In this document: piece by piece, positions 26,138 to 35,988 of the stretch | Numbering within the stretch: the first letter of the stretch is position 1 | Layout: each line of letters starts with the position of its first letter | Assembly: GCA_009837355.1 (NCBI GenBank) | Contig: VXTR01000014.1 | Span: 10,560 to 74,559, forward strand | Reading direction: 5' to 3' | DNA length: 64,000 nt | Source: Chloroflexota bacterium | Lineage (GTDB): Bacteria > Chloroflexota > Dehalococcoidia > Lucifugimonadales > UBA3495 | The notes under the pieces: model-generated | What the model was told of the DNA's origin: nothing | The model's input: only the letters and a program-made list of their open reading frames with translations | Database searches by the model: none | Position numbers and translations under genes: made by a program

Positions 26138-26892
26138 CATCCTCGCGCTCCGGCCAAACGGACTATGTCCTGCAGACCGAGGCTATCTCCAAGCACTTCG
26201 GCGCCGTGCGGGCCGTTGACGAGCTGACCCTGGCCATCCCAAGGCAGGGCACCACCAGCATCGTCGGCCCCAACGGTTCCGGCAAGTCCACCCTGGTGAA
26301 CCTGCTCAGCGGCGTGCTGCCCCTGGATGGGGGCATGGTCATCATCGACGGCGCCGGCCTGCGCGTGGTCAAGGCGCACGAGACGCCCGACCACGGCCTG
26401 ACCCGCACCTTCCAGGAAGTGCGCCTCTTCGACCAGATAACCGTTTGGGACAACATCATGGTCGTGCTTACCGAGCGGCGTCTGTTCCCGGCTCTTTTCG
26501 AGCGCGCCCGTCCGGCCACTCGGCAGAAAGCCCGGGACATCCTGGAACAGGTTGGCATGTGGGACAAGCGGGACTCGCTGGCCCAGGATTTGTCATACGG
26601 CCAGCGCAAGCTGGTGGAGATTGGCCGCGCCCTGGCCATGAACGTCAACACCTACCTTATGGACGAGCCGTTCGCCGGCCTCTTTCCCCAGATGATTGAG
26701 CGGGTCAAGGCCATTATGAAGCAGATGCGCACAGACGGGCACACCATCGTCTTCATATCCCATAACATGGAGATAGTGCGCGAACTCTCTGACCGCATCA
26801 TAGTGCTGGACAGCGGCGCCCTGCTCGCCGCCGGAGAGGTCGAACCCGTGTTGAACAGCGAAGAAGTCATCGAGGCGTACCTGGGCGCGTAA
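26134..26892 (+). CDS. livG: branched-chain amino-acid ABC ATPase (LivG family)
   Basis: GTG 26134 overlaps the livM stop (GTGA). 'GPNGSGKSTL', 'LSYGQRKLVEIGRAL', 'YLMDEPFAG' and the C-terminal 'VIEAYLG' are present. Confidence 0.9.
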   Translation: MTSSRSGQTDYVLQTEAISKHFGAVRAVDELTLAIPRQGTTSIVGPNGSGKSTLVNLLSGVLPLDGGMVIIDGAGLRVVKAHETPDHGLTRTFQEVRLFDQITVWDNIMVVLTERRLFPALFERARPATRQKARDILEQVGMWDKRDSLAQDLSYGQRKLVEIGRALAMNVNTYLMDEPFAGLFPQMIERVKAIMKQMRTDGHTIVFISHNMEIVRELSDRIIVLDSGALLAAGEVEPVLNSEEVIEAYLGA

Positions 26893-26904
26893 CTCCAGAC
26901 TGCC

Positions 26905-27648
26905 ATGACCACCGCCCGACATAGCCACGACAACCCGCCGCTCCTGGAGTTGGTCAACGTATCCGTGTCCTACGGCGCCGTCCACGCCCTGGACGACGTT
27001 TCCATGGGGATTCGCCAGGGCGAAGTGGTGGCCGTCATGGGGCCCAACGGCGCGGGCAAGTCCACCGTACTGAAAGCCGTGATGGGCCTGGCTCCCGTCG
27101 TAGCAGGAACCGTCTATTGGCGTCAGCAGCCCCTGGCCGCCGAGACGCACGAAATCGTCAAAGAAGGCATCGCTTTCGTGCCCCAGGGCCGGCGCGTGTT
27201 CACCCACCTGTCCATCGCCGAAAACCTGGAAATGGGCTGCATTTATCTGAACGACCGGGCCGAAAAGGCCCGCCGCCTCGATTCGGTTATGGAGCTGTTC
27301 CCCATCCTCCACGAAAAGCGCGGCGATCTGGCCAGCCAGATGTCCGGTGGCCAGCAGCAGATGCTGGCCCTGGGCCGGGGGCTGATGGCCTCGCCCGAAC
27401 TGCTGCTGCTGGACGAGCCAACCCTGGGCCTGGCTCCCATCATCGTCCGGGAGGTATTCCAGAAGGTGGCTGAAATCAGCGACTGGCTCAACACCACCAT
27501 CGTCGTCGTGGAACACAACATCAAGGGCGTCCTGGACATCGTCGACCGGGCCTACGTCCTGGACAAAGGCGCCGTGGTTCACAATGGGACGCCCCAATCC
27601 ATCCGAGACACCGATATATTGACGCAGGTATTCCTGGGCAGCGCGTGA
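26905..27648 (+). CDS. livF: branched-chain amino-acid ABC ATPase (LivF family)
   Basis: 'GPNGAGKSTV', 'MSGGQQQMLALGRGL' and 'LLLDEPTLGLAP' are present. Confidence 0.9.
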   Translation: MTTARHSHDNPPLLELVNVSVSYGAVHALDDVSMGIRQGEVVAVMGPNGAGKSTVLKAVMGLAPVVAGTVYWRQQPLAAETHEIVKEGIAFVPQGRRVFTHLSIAENLEMGCIYLNDRAEKARRLDSVMELFPILHEKRGDLASQMSGGQQQMLALGRGLMASPELLLLDEPTLGLAPIIVREVFQKVAEISDWLNTTIVVVEHNIKGVLDIVDRAYVLDKGAVVHNGTPQSIRDTDILTQVFLGSA

Positions 27649-27716
27649 CGGCGCAGGACAAATCCTCGAGCTTACCCGGCTTTGGCACAAGGCCGCTCAG
27701 GCCCCGTGGAGGTCCA

Positions 27717-28616
27717 CTAGCGGCGGCGTACCAACAGGTAAACCAACACGGCCAGTACGGCGAGCAAAACTGCTATCAAGCCGACTTCAACAATTGAGAC
27801 CCTTCCCCAAGCGCCGATTTGAAATCCGCGGTTTAACCAGGAAACTGTCGTCGGTTCAATCCGGTTTTCCCGCTCCACTATCAGCACTTCGCCGATGCTG
27901 ACCCCGTCTCCCGGCTGAATGCAATTCATCGAGCCAGCAAACCGGACGGTTCCTGCCTCCATCGCCTTCAACTGCCATTCCACGTACTCCGGGTCAAGCT
28001 CGCGGGTCTCCGCGACATTCGCCGACCCATCTCCCGACATGTCGAGATGCCAGGTGCGCGGCTCCGTTCCAGCGCCCACAAACCAAGCGGAGAATTCACC
28101 ACCCACTGCCACCACGGATTCCCTCACGCTCAGCCGAGTCGAGCAAAAATCTGCAATTTCCTCGGTCGCAGAACTGGTAGCCGTTTCAGGCTCAGCCGGC
28201 AATACCGTTAATGTCAATGTGTCAGTCCCGTTGCCGGGCTTCTCACAGGCCATGCCGGCTGTGAATGTCACCTGACCTTCCCTTTCGCCAACGACGGTCC
28301 ATTCAACCAGATTGCCTTCCGTCTCTATCTCCCGGGCACTCCGCAACGCTACTGAACCCGTACCGTCAACTTTTAGATCCCACCCGTCCGGCGCCACACC
28401 CACGCCCCATATCCAGAGGTGCATTGTTTCGCCGAGTTTCAATTCCTGCTCTTCGACGCTCACAGAGACCAGACAAGAATCGGCGCCCTGCTCCGGAGTA
28501 ACATCCTGTGCCGACACGGACGCCGCGAATAGAGTCAGCAAGACGGTCAAGGCCAAAAGCACAAGCGTTGAAACGACCTTGAATCCGGCCAGGTCAGCCA
28601 TTCGACGAATCCCCAC
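27717..28616 (-). CDS. membrane-anchored hypothetical protein with two repeated ~100-aa Cys-pair (beta-sandwich-like) modules
   Basis: It has an N-terminal signal/TM and a C-terminal TM followed by RRR. The modules 'DSCLVSV...GMACEKPGNG' and 'DFCSTRLSV...SMNCIQPGDG' are collinear. GC is lower than in the neighbours. Confidence 0.55.
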   Translation of the reverse strand: MGIRRMADLAGFKVVSTLVLLALTVLLTLFAASVSAQDVTPEQGADSCLVSVSVEEQELKLGETMHLWIWGVGVAPDGWDLKVDGTGSVALRSAREIETEGNLVEWTVVGEREGQVTFTAGMACEKPGNGTDTLTLTVLPAEPETATSSATEEIADFCSTRLSVRESVVAVGGEFSAWFVGAGTEPRTWHLDMSGDGSANVAETRELDPEYVEWQLKAMEAGTVRFAGSMNCIQPGDGVSIGEVLIVERENRIEPTTVSWLNRGFQIGAWGRVSIVEVGLIAVLLAVLAVLVYLLVRRR

Positions 28617-28625
28617 TCCGGGAAT

Positions 28626-28660
28626 TTAACGAAAAAGGCCGCGCCCTGGGCCGCGGCCTT
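28626..28660 (-). terminator. intrinsic terminator after the NHL-repeat gene
   Basis: On the minus strand, AAGGCCGCG, an 8-nt loop, then CGCGGCCTT, followed by TTTCGTT. Confidence 0.6.
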
Positions 28661-28690
28661 CCTCTCGTTGCCGTGCTAGTATCAGGGTAA

Positions 28691-29743
28691 TCAGAGTTCG
28701 CCGGCAAACATGGCGGTCTGCTTGGTGAACACCTGCACGCGGTGGCGGGCGCACTCCAGCACGAAGACGTGGCCGTCGTCGTCCACTTCCACGGCGATGG
28801 GGCCCTGGAAAGCACCCTCCCGTTCTGAGAGGTTAAGGGCGCGGTCCCGAGCTTGCACGATGGTCGGATCGAGGTACACGCGCTCAGCGCCCCACTTGGA
28901 GAGGCCGGCCTGCCCGCGCATGGCGGTGATGTAGCCGCCGTCGGCGCGGAAGACCTGGACCCGGTCGTTCTTGTAGTCGGTGACGAAGATGTGTCCATCT
29001 TTGTCCACGGCCACGCCGGTGGGCCGGTTGAACTGGCCATCACCATCGCCGGACTCGCCGAACTTCATCAGGAACGTGCCGTCGGGAGCGAACTTCTGGA
29101 TTCGGTCGTTCCGCCAGTCCGCCACGTACACGTCGCCGTTGTGGTCAATCTCAATGCCCCAGGGCAGGTTGAACTGGCCGTCGCCATCGCCGAGGCCGCC
29201 CCAGCCGAACTGGTACTTGCCGTCCCTGGTGAACACCGAAACCCGGTGGTTCCGGCTTTCCACCATGTACAGGTTGTCGTTCTTGTCGAAGGCCAACCCG
29301 GCCGGGCGGTTGATTTCGCCGGGCGCGCCGCCGGGGATACCCCACATACCGACCCAGTTGCCATGCTCCTGGTCGTAGATGGAGACCCGGTTCAGCCACT
29401 CGTCGGACACGTAGGCCAACCCGTTGCTGTCCAGGGCCACCGAAGTGGGCCACATGAACGCGCCGTTGGGGGTGGTCTCGTCGGCGTCTTCCGGCGGTAT
29501 CTTCTGCCCGAACTCGGCGACCACTTCCTCTTCGTCGGGATGGAACACCGTAACCCGCTTGCACGGGAAGAAGGCCGGCGTCTCGGTGCCCCGGCTCAGC
29601 ACGTACAGCAGGTCGTTCTCGTCGCGAGTAATCGCCACGGGATTGAAGAAGCCGTTGCCGCTGCGCACTTCCTGCCGCCCGATGGTGTGGCTGTACTGGA
29701 AGGTTACCGGCGCAATGTCAATCTGCGTAACCATTTTCCTCAC
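28691..29743 (-). CDS. NHL-repeat beta-propeller protein
   Basis: About six repeats of the pattern 'G.G.G.F..P.G.A.D..G..YV.D..N.R.Q.F' are present. Confidence 0.75.
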   Translation of the reverse strand: MRKMVTQIDIAPVTFQYSHTIGRQEVRSGNGFFNPVAITRDENDLLYVLSRGTETPAFFPCKRVTVFHPDEEEVVAEFGQKIPPEDADETTPNGAFMWPTSVALDSNGLAYVSDEWLNRVSIYDQEHGNWVGMWGIPGGAPGEINRPAGLAFDKNDNLYMVESRNHRVSVFTRDGKYQFGWGGLGDGDGQFNLPWGIEIDHNGDVYVADWRNDRIQKFAPDGTFLMKFGESGDGDGQFNRPTGVAVDKDGHIFVTDYKNDRVQVFRADGGYITAMRGQAGLSKWGAERVYLDPTIVQARDRALNLSEREGAFQGPIAVEVDDDGHVFVLECARHRVQVFTKQTAMFAGEL

Positions 29744-29765
29744 CTTTGTGGCCGGTAGCCGGCGG

Positions 29766-30902
29766 CTACTTGATGAAGTCGAACTGCTCGAACTCGCCCT
29801 GGAGGACGGCCTTGTCGTCCAGGCCCAGCCATTTATCCAGGATAGTGGCGTAGGTGCTGCGGAAGTCGTTGTTCCAACGCAGGTCGCCCTCGTCCAGCTT
29901 GTCCGGCTCCAGCGAGGGGTACTCGCCGTAGAGGCCGCCCTTGACGGCGTCGCCCATCACGAAGGCAACGCTGCCCGAACCGTGGTCGGTGCCGGAGCCG
30001 TTCTCCTGTACGCGGCGACCGAACTCGGTGAACAGCAGAATCACCACTTCCTGGTTGGCGTCGTGCTCTTTGAGGTCCTGGTACAGGTCGTTGGTCGCGC
30101 GGGAAACCTCGCCCCACAGCTTGGCGAAGGACGTGGGCTGGTTGGCGTGGGTGTCAAAGGCGCCGGGGTTCAGGCCGGTGTACAGCACCCGCGTGCCGAA
30201 GCCGGCGGTGTGGACCTGGGCGACGTTCTTCACCCACTGGGAGAACATATCGCCGCCGTACTCAATGCTGGAGGAATAGATCTCGGGGGCCGTCCGCAGG
30301 ATGTCGGCGCCCTTCAAGGCGTCCAGACCGGTCTGGGACAGGTAGTCGTTGATGGGGCCGGAGCCGACCATGGGGGAGTACATCCGGGAGAAAATGTCCA
30401 GAGCGTCGGCCCGCTGGTCTTCGCCGTCAATGCCGGTGAGTACGCCGTAGGTCTCCAGGTTGCCCACGGAGGCGACGGACACGCCGGGAGCGGCCAGGGC
30501 GCGGGGAAGGCCACGGCCGAAGTTCACGGCGGTCAGCACGTTTTCCTTGTTGGGGTCAAGGTCCTGGATGGCGCGGCCCAGCCAGCCCTCGGTGGACATC
30601 TTAGTGGGCTCAGCCGTGTGCCAGATGTCCATGGAGCGGAAGTGGGAGCGGATGGGATTGGGATAGCCGATGCCCTGGATGACGGCAACCTTGCCCTCAT
30701 CGTACAGGTCCTTGATCGGAGCCATCGCCGGGTGGAACCCGACTTTGTCGTCAATCGCCAGGACTTCTTCCGGTTCCACCTTCAGGTGGGGGCGGTAGTC
30801 CTTGTACAGCGGGTCGCTGTAAGGGATGATGGTGTTCAGCGCGTCGTAAGCGCCGGACATTTGCAGTACCACCAGCACCGGGTCTTTCTTGGTTGCCGTC
30901 AC
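29766..30902 (-). CDS. DUF1501-family (sulfatase-like) protein
   Basis: 'VLQMSGAYDALNT', 'FHPAM', 'IQGIGYPNP.RSHF.S..IW', 'TEFGRR..ENGSGTDHG' and the partner gene order are typical of the family. Confidence 0.8.
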   Translation of the reverse strand: MTATKKDPVLVVLQMSGAYDALNTIIPYSDPLYKDYRPHLKVEPEEVLAIDDKVGFHPAMAPIKDLYDEGKVAVIQGIGYPNPIRSHFRSMDIWHTAEPTKMSTEGWLGRAIQDLDPNKENVLTAVNFGRGLPRALAAPGVSVASVGNLETYGVLTGIDGEDQRADALDIFSRMYSPMVGSGPINDYLSQTGLDALKGADILRTAPEIYSSSIEYGGDMFSQWVKNVAQVHTAGFGTRVLYTGLNPGAFDTHANQPTSFAKLWGEVSRATNDLYQDLKEHDANQEVVILLFTEFGRRVQENGSGTDHGSGSVAFVMGDAVKGGLYGEYPSLEPDKLDEGDLRWNNDFRSTYATILDKWLGLDDKAVLQGEFEQFDFIK

Positions 30903-30925
30903 GATTCTTTCCTCCAGTTTTGAGC

Positions 30926-30953
30926 CGTCATTCCGGCTAAAGCCGGAATCCAG
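30926..30953 (-). repeat. REP-like palindromic element (plus strand reads CGTCATTCCGGCTAAAGCCGGAATCCAG)
   Basis: It has a perfect inverted repeat ATTCCGGC/GCCGGAAT and lies in the 64-nt spacer between the DUF1800 and DUF1501 genes. Confidence 0.75.
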
Positions 30954-30966
30954 TGTTGCGCAAAGG

Positions 30967-32379
30967 CTAGGCGTAGATGTATTCCTTGGTGGCGACGATC
31001 ATTTGCAGCAGTTCGCTGACGCGGTCGGCGAACTCGGCGGTGTCCGTGTGCAGGGTGCCGTGCTTGGCCATGCCGGCCGCCAGCATCTGCCTAGTTTCGT
31101 CGGCCAGCTCGTAATGACCCAACAGTCGGCAGGTGTCGTCAACCATGTCTTCCGGCGCAATTACCGGCCCGCGGTTGGCCAATTCCTCCACGATGCCCCT
31201 GACGCCGGGCTGCTTCACGTCGCCCACGAAGTCGGCGGTGAAGTTGATGCGATGCACCAGCGTGCCGCCGTCAATCCACTCGCGGCCGGTATGCCAGCCT
31301 TCCACCGAGGGCGGGTTGAAAATCTCCTGGCCCATGTGCTTCATCTCATCAAAGATGAACTCGAAGCCGGGTTTGGGTTCAGTCCAGTCACCCACCAGTC
31401 GGAGGGTGCCGATAACGGTTTCAATGGGGCTCTTGACCCGCTGGAACCGGGCGTTCTTGAAGGCGTCGGAGCGGAACAGCACCCGCAACATGGACTTGAT
31501 GTTATAGCCGGAGCGGAAGTACTCGTCCTCCAGCATCTTGATGGTGTCCATGTCCCGGGGCGGCGTTTCCATCCAGGCCGGCACCTGGGCTTCGTCGGCG
31601 ACGAAGTAGCTGTACAGGTGGCGGGAGATGAAGCGCGCAGTCGCCGGCTGCTTGGCGATGATGTCAACGATGTCCTCGCCGTTGAAGTTGCCGGTTTCGC
31701 CGAGGAAGGTCTTGTCGCCCTCGTCGTGGTCGTCCGGGTTATAGACGAACTTGGCGGCGTAGCGTCCGTAGGGCTGTCCCGGCACGTTGTTGGCAATGGT
31801 CCAGCCAGTGAAGGCGCGGGCGCATTCTTTCACGTCGTCTTCGGTGTAGTTGAACTCGCCGTCCATGCCGACGCCCATGGAGAACAACTCCAGCAGTTCC
31901 CGGCCGTAGTTCTCGTTGATGGCGCCCTTGTGGCTCAGGCAGTTGTCCAGGAAGAAAATCATGGCCGGGTCTTTGGAAATTTCCAGCAGCAGGTCGCGGA
32001 AGCTGCCCATACCATACTGGCGAAACATCTCGATTTCGTCGTAGGACGTGGGGTAGCTCTGGGTCTTGCTGTCGGCGGTGCAGAGGATGCCGTGCCAGAA
32101 CAGGCACATTTTCTCTTCCAACTGGTTCCTGGAATTGATGAAGCGGAAGGCCACGTATTCGGGCAACCCCCGCGTATGGTGGCTCCACTCGATGAAGCAC
32201 CGCTCCGCGAGGTCCAGGTCCATCCCGTTGTCGTTCACCTCCGGGTTCAACAGCTCGTCAACGGTCGCCTCGTAGCCTTTGGCCGCGCGAGCCTCCAGCT
32301 CAGCGTACTGAGCGCCAAAACCGGCCCGACGCATCAGGTGGGCCATTAATGCGATGTCATGGTTATCATTTGCCATCAA
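30967..32379 (-). CDS. DUF1800-family protein
   Basis: 'HLMRRAGFG', 'FWHG.L' and 'NENYGRELLELFS.G' are present. It lies immediately upstream of a DUF1501 gene, the classical pair. Confidence 0.8.
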   Translation of the reverse strand: MMANDNHDIALMAHLMRRAGFGAQYAELEARAAKGYEATVDELLNPEVNDNGMDLDLAERCFIEWSHHTRGLPEYVAFRFINSRNQLEEKMCLFWHGILCTADSKTQSYPTSYDEIEMFRQYGMGSFRDLLLEISKDPAMIFFLDNCLSHKGAINENYGRELLELFSMGVGMDGEFNYTEDDVKECARAFTGWTIANNVPGQPYGRYAAKFVYNPDDHDEGDKTFLGETGNFNGEDIVDIIAKQPATARFISRHLYSYFVADEAQVPAWMETPPRDMDTIKMLEDEYFRSGYNIKSMLRVLFRSDAFKNARFQRVKSPIETVIGTLRLVGDWTEPKPGFEFIFDEMKHMGQEIFNPPSVEGWHTGREWIDGGTLVHRINFTADFVGDVKQPGVRGIVEELANRGPVIAPEDMVDDTCRLLGHYELADETRQMLAAGMAKHGTLHTDTAEFADRVSELLQMIVATKEYIYA

Positions 32380-32428
32380 AAAAGACCTCCTCGACTTGAA
32401 TTAACAAATCGTCATCGTCATCCTACCA

Positions 32429-32458
32429 TTAAGCGCATCAACCCTCAACCTCTATAAT
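32429..32458 (+). promoter_or_regulatory. candidate promoter for the acyl-CoA-dehydrogenase-family gene
   Basis: TTAAGC (32429-34), an 18-nt spacer, then TATAAT (32453-58), 33 nt upstream of ATG 32491. Confidence 0.4.
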
Positions 32459-32490
32459 GCCCCTCAATATTCTAACCTCGGAGTTCCTCT

Positions 32491-33657
32491 ATGCCCGCCG
32501 ACCTGGTTGCCATTGCAGAAAGCCTGGTTCCCGAAATACGGGCCAACCTCGAACGCATCGACACCGAGTGTCGACTGCCCACCGAACTGGCCGCCAAAAT
32601 GGCTCGGCACAACCTCTTCGGCCTCTACGTCCCCAAAGCCCTCAGCGGCCCGGAGCTTGACCCCCTGACCGCCTTTCGCGTAGTGGAAACTATCGGCCGC
32701 ACCGACGGTTCCGCCGGCTGGTGCGTCTTCAACGGCACCGCCCTCACCGCCGCCGTCGCTCGCCTGGCCCCGGACGCCGCGCTGGAACTCTTTGGCGACC
32801 CGCCGGAAATCCTCGGCTCCGGTTCCGCTCGGCCCGAAGGCACCGCCACCGTTGCCGAGGGCGGCTACATCATCAACGGACGTTGGAACTACCTCAGCGG
32901 CATCGACCACTCCACAACGCTGTTTCTGAACTGCCGCCTGCTGGACGCCAACGGCGCGCCGATGTTGAACAACGACGGCAGCCCACAGATGCGCACGGTT
33001 GTCGTGCCCGTAGCATCTGGAACCGTCATCGACAACTGGACCACCCTGGGAATGCGCGGCACCGCCAGCAACGACTGCGAGTACGTCAACGTGTTCGTGC
33101 CGGCCCATCACACCTACGCCCGCGGCGATTCGGCCTACTACGACGGGCCACTCTACAATCCGCCGCAGAACTCCCTCCTGCTCAGCTGGACTCTCTCCGC
33201 CGCCAACGCACTGGGCATGGCTCGCGGCGCTCTGGACGCCTTCCACAACCTCGCCACCGGCGCCGGCAGCACCAATTCGCCAACCCTGCTGCGGGACCGC
33301 GCCTACGTCCAGATTGCCGTGGGCGAATGCGAGGCCATCCACGACGCCGCGCGCACTTTTGTGATGGACGCCGTCGGCGGGATGTGGGACGCCCAGGTCA
33401 ACGGGCTGCCGGACCTTGCCGACCGCGCCTTGCGAGCCCGTCTGGCTGTCACCCACGCCATTCGCCGCTCCGTGGACGTGGTGGACCGGCTGTTCAACGT
33501 GGCCGGCACCAACGCCATTCACCGCGCTACCGGCATCGAGCGGTTCTTTCGCGACCTGCACGCTGGGGGCCAGCACATCTCCGGCCTGCCCAACAACTAC
33601 GAGTACGCCGGGCAGGTGATGCTGGGGGCGAACGTTACTCCTTCGCTCTATACGTGA
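32491..33657 (+). CDS. acyl-CoA dehydrogenase-family flavoprotein (possibly monooxygenase-type)
   Basis: 388 aa. 'GWCVFNG', 'W..LGMRGT.SND' and C-terminal helical 'RF.RD......H' features fit the ACAD fold. Confidence 0.75.
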   Translation: MPADLVAIAESLVPEIRANLERIDTECRLPTELAAKMARHNLFGLYVPKALSGPELDPLTAFRVVETIGRTDGSAGWCVFNGTALTAAVARLAPDAALELFGDPPEILGSGSARPEGTATVAEGGYIINGRWNYLSGIDHSTTLFLNCRLLDANGAPMLNNDGSPQMRTVVVPVASGTVIDNWTTLGMRGTASNDCEYVNVFVPAHHTYARGDSAYYDGPLYNPPQNSLLLSWTLSAANALGMARGALDAFHNLATGAGSTNSPTLLRDRAYVQIAVGECEAIHDAARTFVMDAVGGMWDAQVNGLPDLADRALRARLAVTHAIRRSVDVVDRLFNVAGTNAIHRATGIERFFRDLHAGGQHISGLPNNYEYAGQVMLGANVTPSLYT

Positions 33658-33660
33658 AGG

Positions 33661-34335
33661 CTATACCGGGAAAATCTTCCGATAAATCCCCGGCGACCCC
33701 TCACCGTGCACCATGTGCGGCCTCACCTCGTGGGTCCACACGGGCGTCTCTATTCGGCTCCAGTTCTGCCACGGCTCGCTTTCGGCCACGGCCAGCGACT
33801 CCATCTCGTGCACGGTGCAGTATTTCGGCTCGCCCATTATCGCCTGGAAACGCCGCGCCCGGATGTAACCCGGTATGTCCAGGGCCATCGGCAGACGCTC
33901 ATTGTTGTAGGCCCGATTCCACGCCTCCTCCAGGTGTTCCGGGATTGACATCCGGCCCACCAACAGCAGCGGCGACATACCGGCCTGCGCCGTCTCCTCG
34001 GACAGCTCAGCGGGATGCACCCGCTGATACAGGTTGCGGATGTACTCCGTGCCAATCACGCTGGGTGACATCCGCTGCGACCATTCGGTAGGTTCCCTCA
34101 GCCACTTCTGCCACTCTTCCGAGTGCCAGGCTTCGTAGGACTCGAGCTCATACACCGCCAGGTACTTAGGCCCGCCTTGCACCGCCTCGTACCGCGCCGC
34201 GTCCAGCACGCCCGGAATGGACAGGCGTTCCGGGATGTGCTCTTCGTTGTACCAGCGGTTGTACTCTTCGTCGTGCTCCGGGGCCACGTCGCTGTACACC
34301 AGCAGCAGCCCGTCGCCTTTCTTATTCGCCGCCAT
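33661..34335 (-). CDS. tandem ferredoxin-like (EthD/Dabb-like) domain protein
   Basis: I take the start at MAANKKG (34335). Two collinear halves are 'LLLVYSDVAPEHDEEYNRWYNEEHIPERLSIPGVLDAARYEAV.GGPKYLAVYELES' and 'LLLVGRMSIPEHLEEAWNRAYNNERLPMALDIPGYIRARRFQAI.GEPKYCTVHEMES'. Confidence 0.5.
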   Translation of the reverse strand: MAANKKGDGLLLVYSDVAPEHDEEYNRWYNEEHIPERLSIPGVLDAARYEAVQGGPKYLAVYELESYEAWHSEEWQKWLREPTEWSQRMSPSVIGTEYIRNLYQRVHPAELSEETAQAGMSPLLLVGRMSIPEHLEEAWNRAYNNERLPMALDIPGYIRARRFQAIMGEPKYCTVHEMESLAVAESEPWQNWSRIETPVWTHEVRPHMVHGEGSPGIYRKIFPV

Positions 34336-34390
34336 GAATCCCCCGTTTCCGGTGTCAAATTGCACTGGGGGGAGTATATCACGGCGGCTA

Positions 34391-34418
34391 TTGACATCCG
34401 GCGGCATTCTGCTATTAT
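34391..34418 (+). promoter_or_regulatory. candidate promoter of the Fur-family/metal-uptake operon, with an overlapping imperfect palindrome
   Basis: TTGACA (34391-96), a 16-nt spacer, then TATTAT (34413-18). It is followed by ATTCGCtttcGCAAAT, a possible operator. Confidence 0.45.
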
Positions 34419-34456
34419 TCGCTTTCGCAAATCACTGCAATAACGGTGAATGGCGT

Positions 34457-34885
34457 ATGTCTGGACACGAAACCGCAATTACTCGCCTTCGTTCGGAAGG
34501 TTATCGCATGACGCCCCAGCGCCTCTCGGTACTGGACATCGTAGCCGCCCGCACGGGCCACATCGGCGCCGACGAAGTGTGGAACCTGGCCAAGGAGCAG
34601 CATCCATACGTTGACTTGGCCACCATCTACCGCACCCTGCAGCTGCTCAAGCGCGTCGGCGTCGTTACTGAGGTCATCATCGGCAACAAGCTCCATTTCG
34701 AGCTGGCCGACCAGCACAACCGCCACAACCACATGGTCTGCTCGACGTGCGACGGGGTGCAGACCCTGAGTCCAGACTACCTGGCTGAGTTCAGCCAGCG
34801 CCTGGAACAGGAATTCGGGTTCACGCCCGACCTGGACAACATCACCATTGGCGGGCTGTGCTCCAGCTGCCAGCCCCCGGGCTGA
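34457..34885 (+). CDS. Fur-family metalloregulator (Zur-like)
   Basis: 'MTPQRL.VL', 'ATIYRTL', 'H.HH..C..CG' ('HNHMVCSTCDG') and a C-terminal 'CSSC' are present. Confidence 0.85.
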   Translation: MSGHETAITRLRSEGYRMTPQRLSVLDIVAARTGHIGADEVWNLAKEQHPYVDLATIYRTLQLLKRVGVVTEVIIGNKLHFELADQHNRHNHMVCSTCDGVQTLSPDYLAEFSQRLEQEFGFTPDLDNITIGGLCSSCQPPG

Positions 34886-34954
34886 CCGGCAGACCCCGAC
34901 CAACCTACTTTGTACCGAACTACGTACCGCTTTTTTCGCCCTGAAGGAGGGCAA

Positions 34955-35986
34955 ATGATGTTTATTACAAAATCTTGCATAACGATCCTGCTCATTTTGG
35001 TGGCCGTGGCTGCCATCGCCTGCGCCGGTCAGGAGCCGGCGGCCGCGCCGGCCCCGGACCAATCAGCATCGGGCCAGCTCAACGTGGCAGCCACCGTTTC
35101 GCCCATCACCAGCATCGTGGAGAACATCGGCGGAACCCGCATCAGCCTGCAGGGCGTCGTGCCGGAGGGCGTCAACTCCCACACCTTTGAGCCGGCGCCC
35201 TCGGTGGCGGTCACGCTCGCCGGCGCGGACCTGATTTTCCTCAACGGCCTTTTCCTGGAGGAACCCACGCTGGAGATGGCCAAGGCCAACCTGAAGCCTG
35301 GCGCCTCCATCGTCAGCCTGGGCGAGCAGACCATCACCCGCGAGCAGTGGCAGTTCGACTTCTCCTTCCCCGAGGAGGACGGGCATCCCAATCCTCACCT
35401 GTGGCCCGACCCTATCCTGGCGCTGCGCTACGCGGAGATTGTCCGGGATAACCTGGTCGCCAGGGACGCGGCCAACGCGGATTACTACCGCGCCAACTAT
35501 GACGCCTTCGCCGAGCGCATCGCCACAGTGGACGAAGCCGTCAAGACGATGATCCCCACCATCCCGGTGGAGAACCGCAAACTGCTTACCTACCATGACT
35601 CCTGGGCGTACTTCGCCGACCGCTACGGCCTCACCGTCATCGGCGCGGTGCAGCCCTCCGATTTCTCCGAGCCGTCGGCCCGGGACGTCGCCAACCTCAT
35701 CACCCAGATCAGCGAAGAAGGCATCCCTGCCGTGTTCGGCTCGGAGGTCTTCCCCAGCGACGTGATGCAGACCATCGCCGCGGAGTCCGGAGCCGAATAT
35801 ATCGACGAACTCTCCGACGACGACCTGCCCGGCGCACCCGGCGACCCCGACCACAGCTACCTGGGTCTGGAAGTCACCAACCTGCGCATTATGATTCCGG
35901 CCCTGGGCGGAGACGCGTCGGCGTTGGACAACGTGGACATATCGCCGGTCTTTGACGGCGAGTCCAATGCCGTTTATCCTCAATAG
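34955..35986 (+). CDS. metal ABC transporter substrate-binding lipoprotein (TroA/ZnuA family)
   Basis: ATG 34955 has a GAAGGAGG RBS. The lipobox is 'AAIACAG'. 'SHTFEP.P', 'DGHPNPHLW.DP' and 'YHDSWAYFA.RYGL' are present. Confidence 0.85.
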   Translation: MMFITKSCITILLILVAVAAIACAGQEPAAAPAPDQSASGQLNVAATVSPITSIVENIGGTRISLQGVVPEGVNSHTFEPAPSVAVTLAGADLIFLNGLFLEEPTLEMAKANLKPGASIVSLGEQTITREQWQFDFSFPEEDGHPNPHLWPDPILALRYAEIVRDNLVARDAANADYYRANYDAFAERIATVDEAVKTMIPTIPVENRKLLTYHDSWAYFADRYGLTVIGAVQPSDFSEPSARDVANLITQISEEGIPAVFGSEVFPSDVMQTIAAESGAEYIDELSDDDLPGAPGDPDHSYLGLEVTNLRIMIPALGGDASALDNVDISPVFDGESNAVYPQ

Positions 35987-35988
35987 CC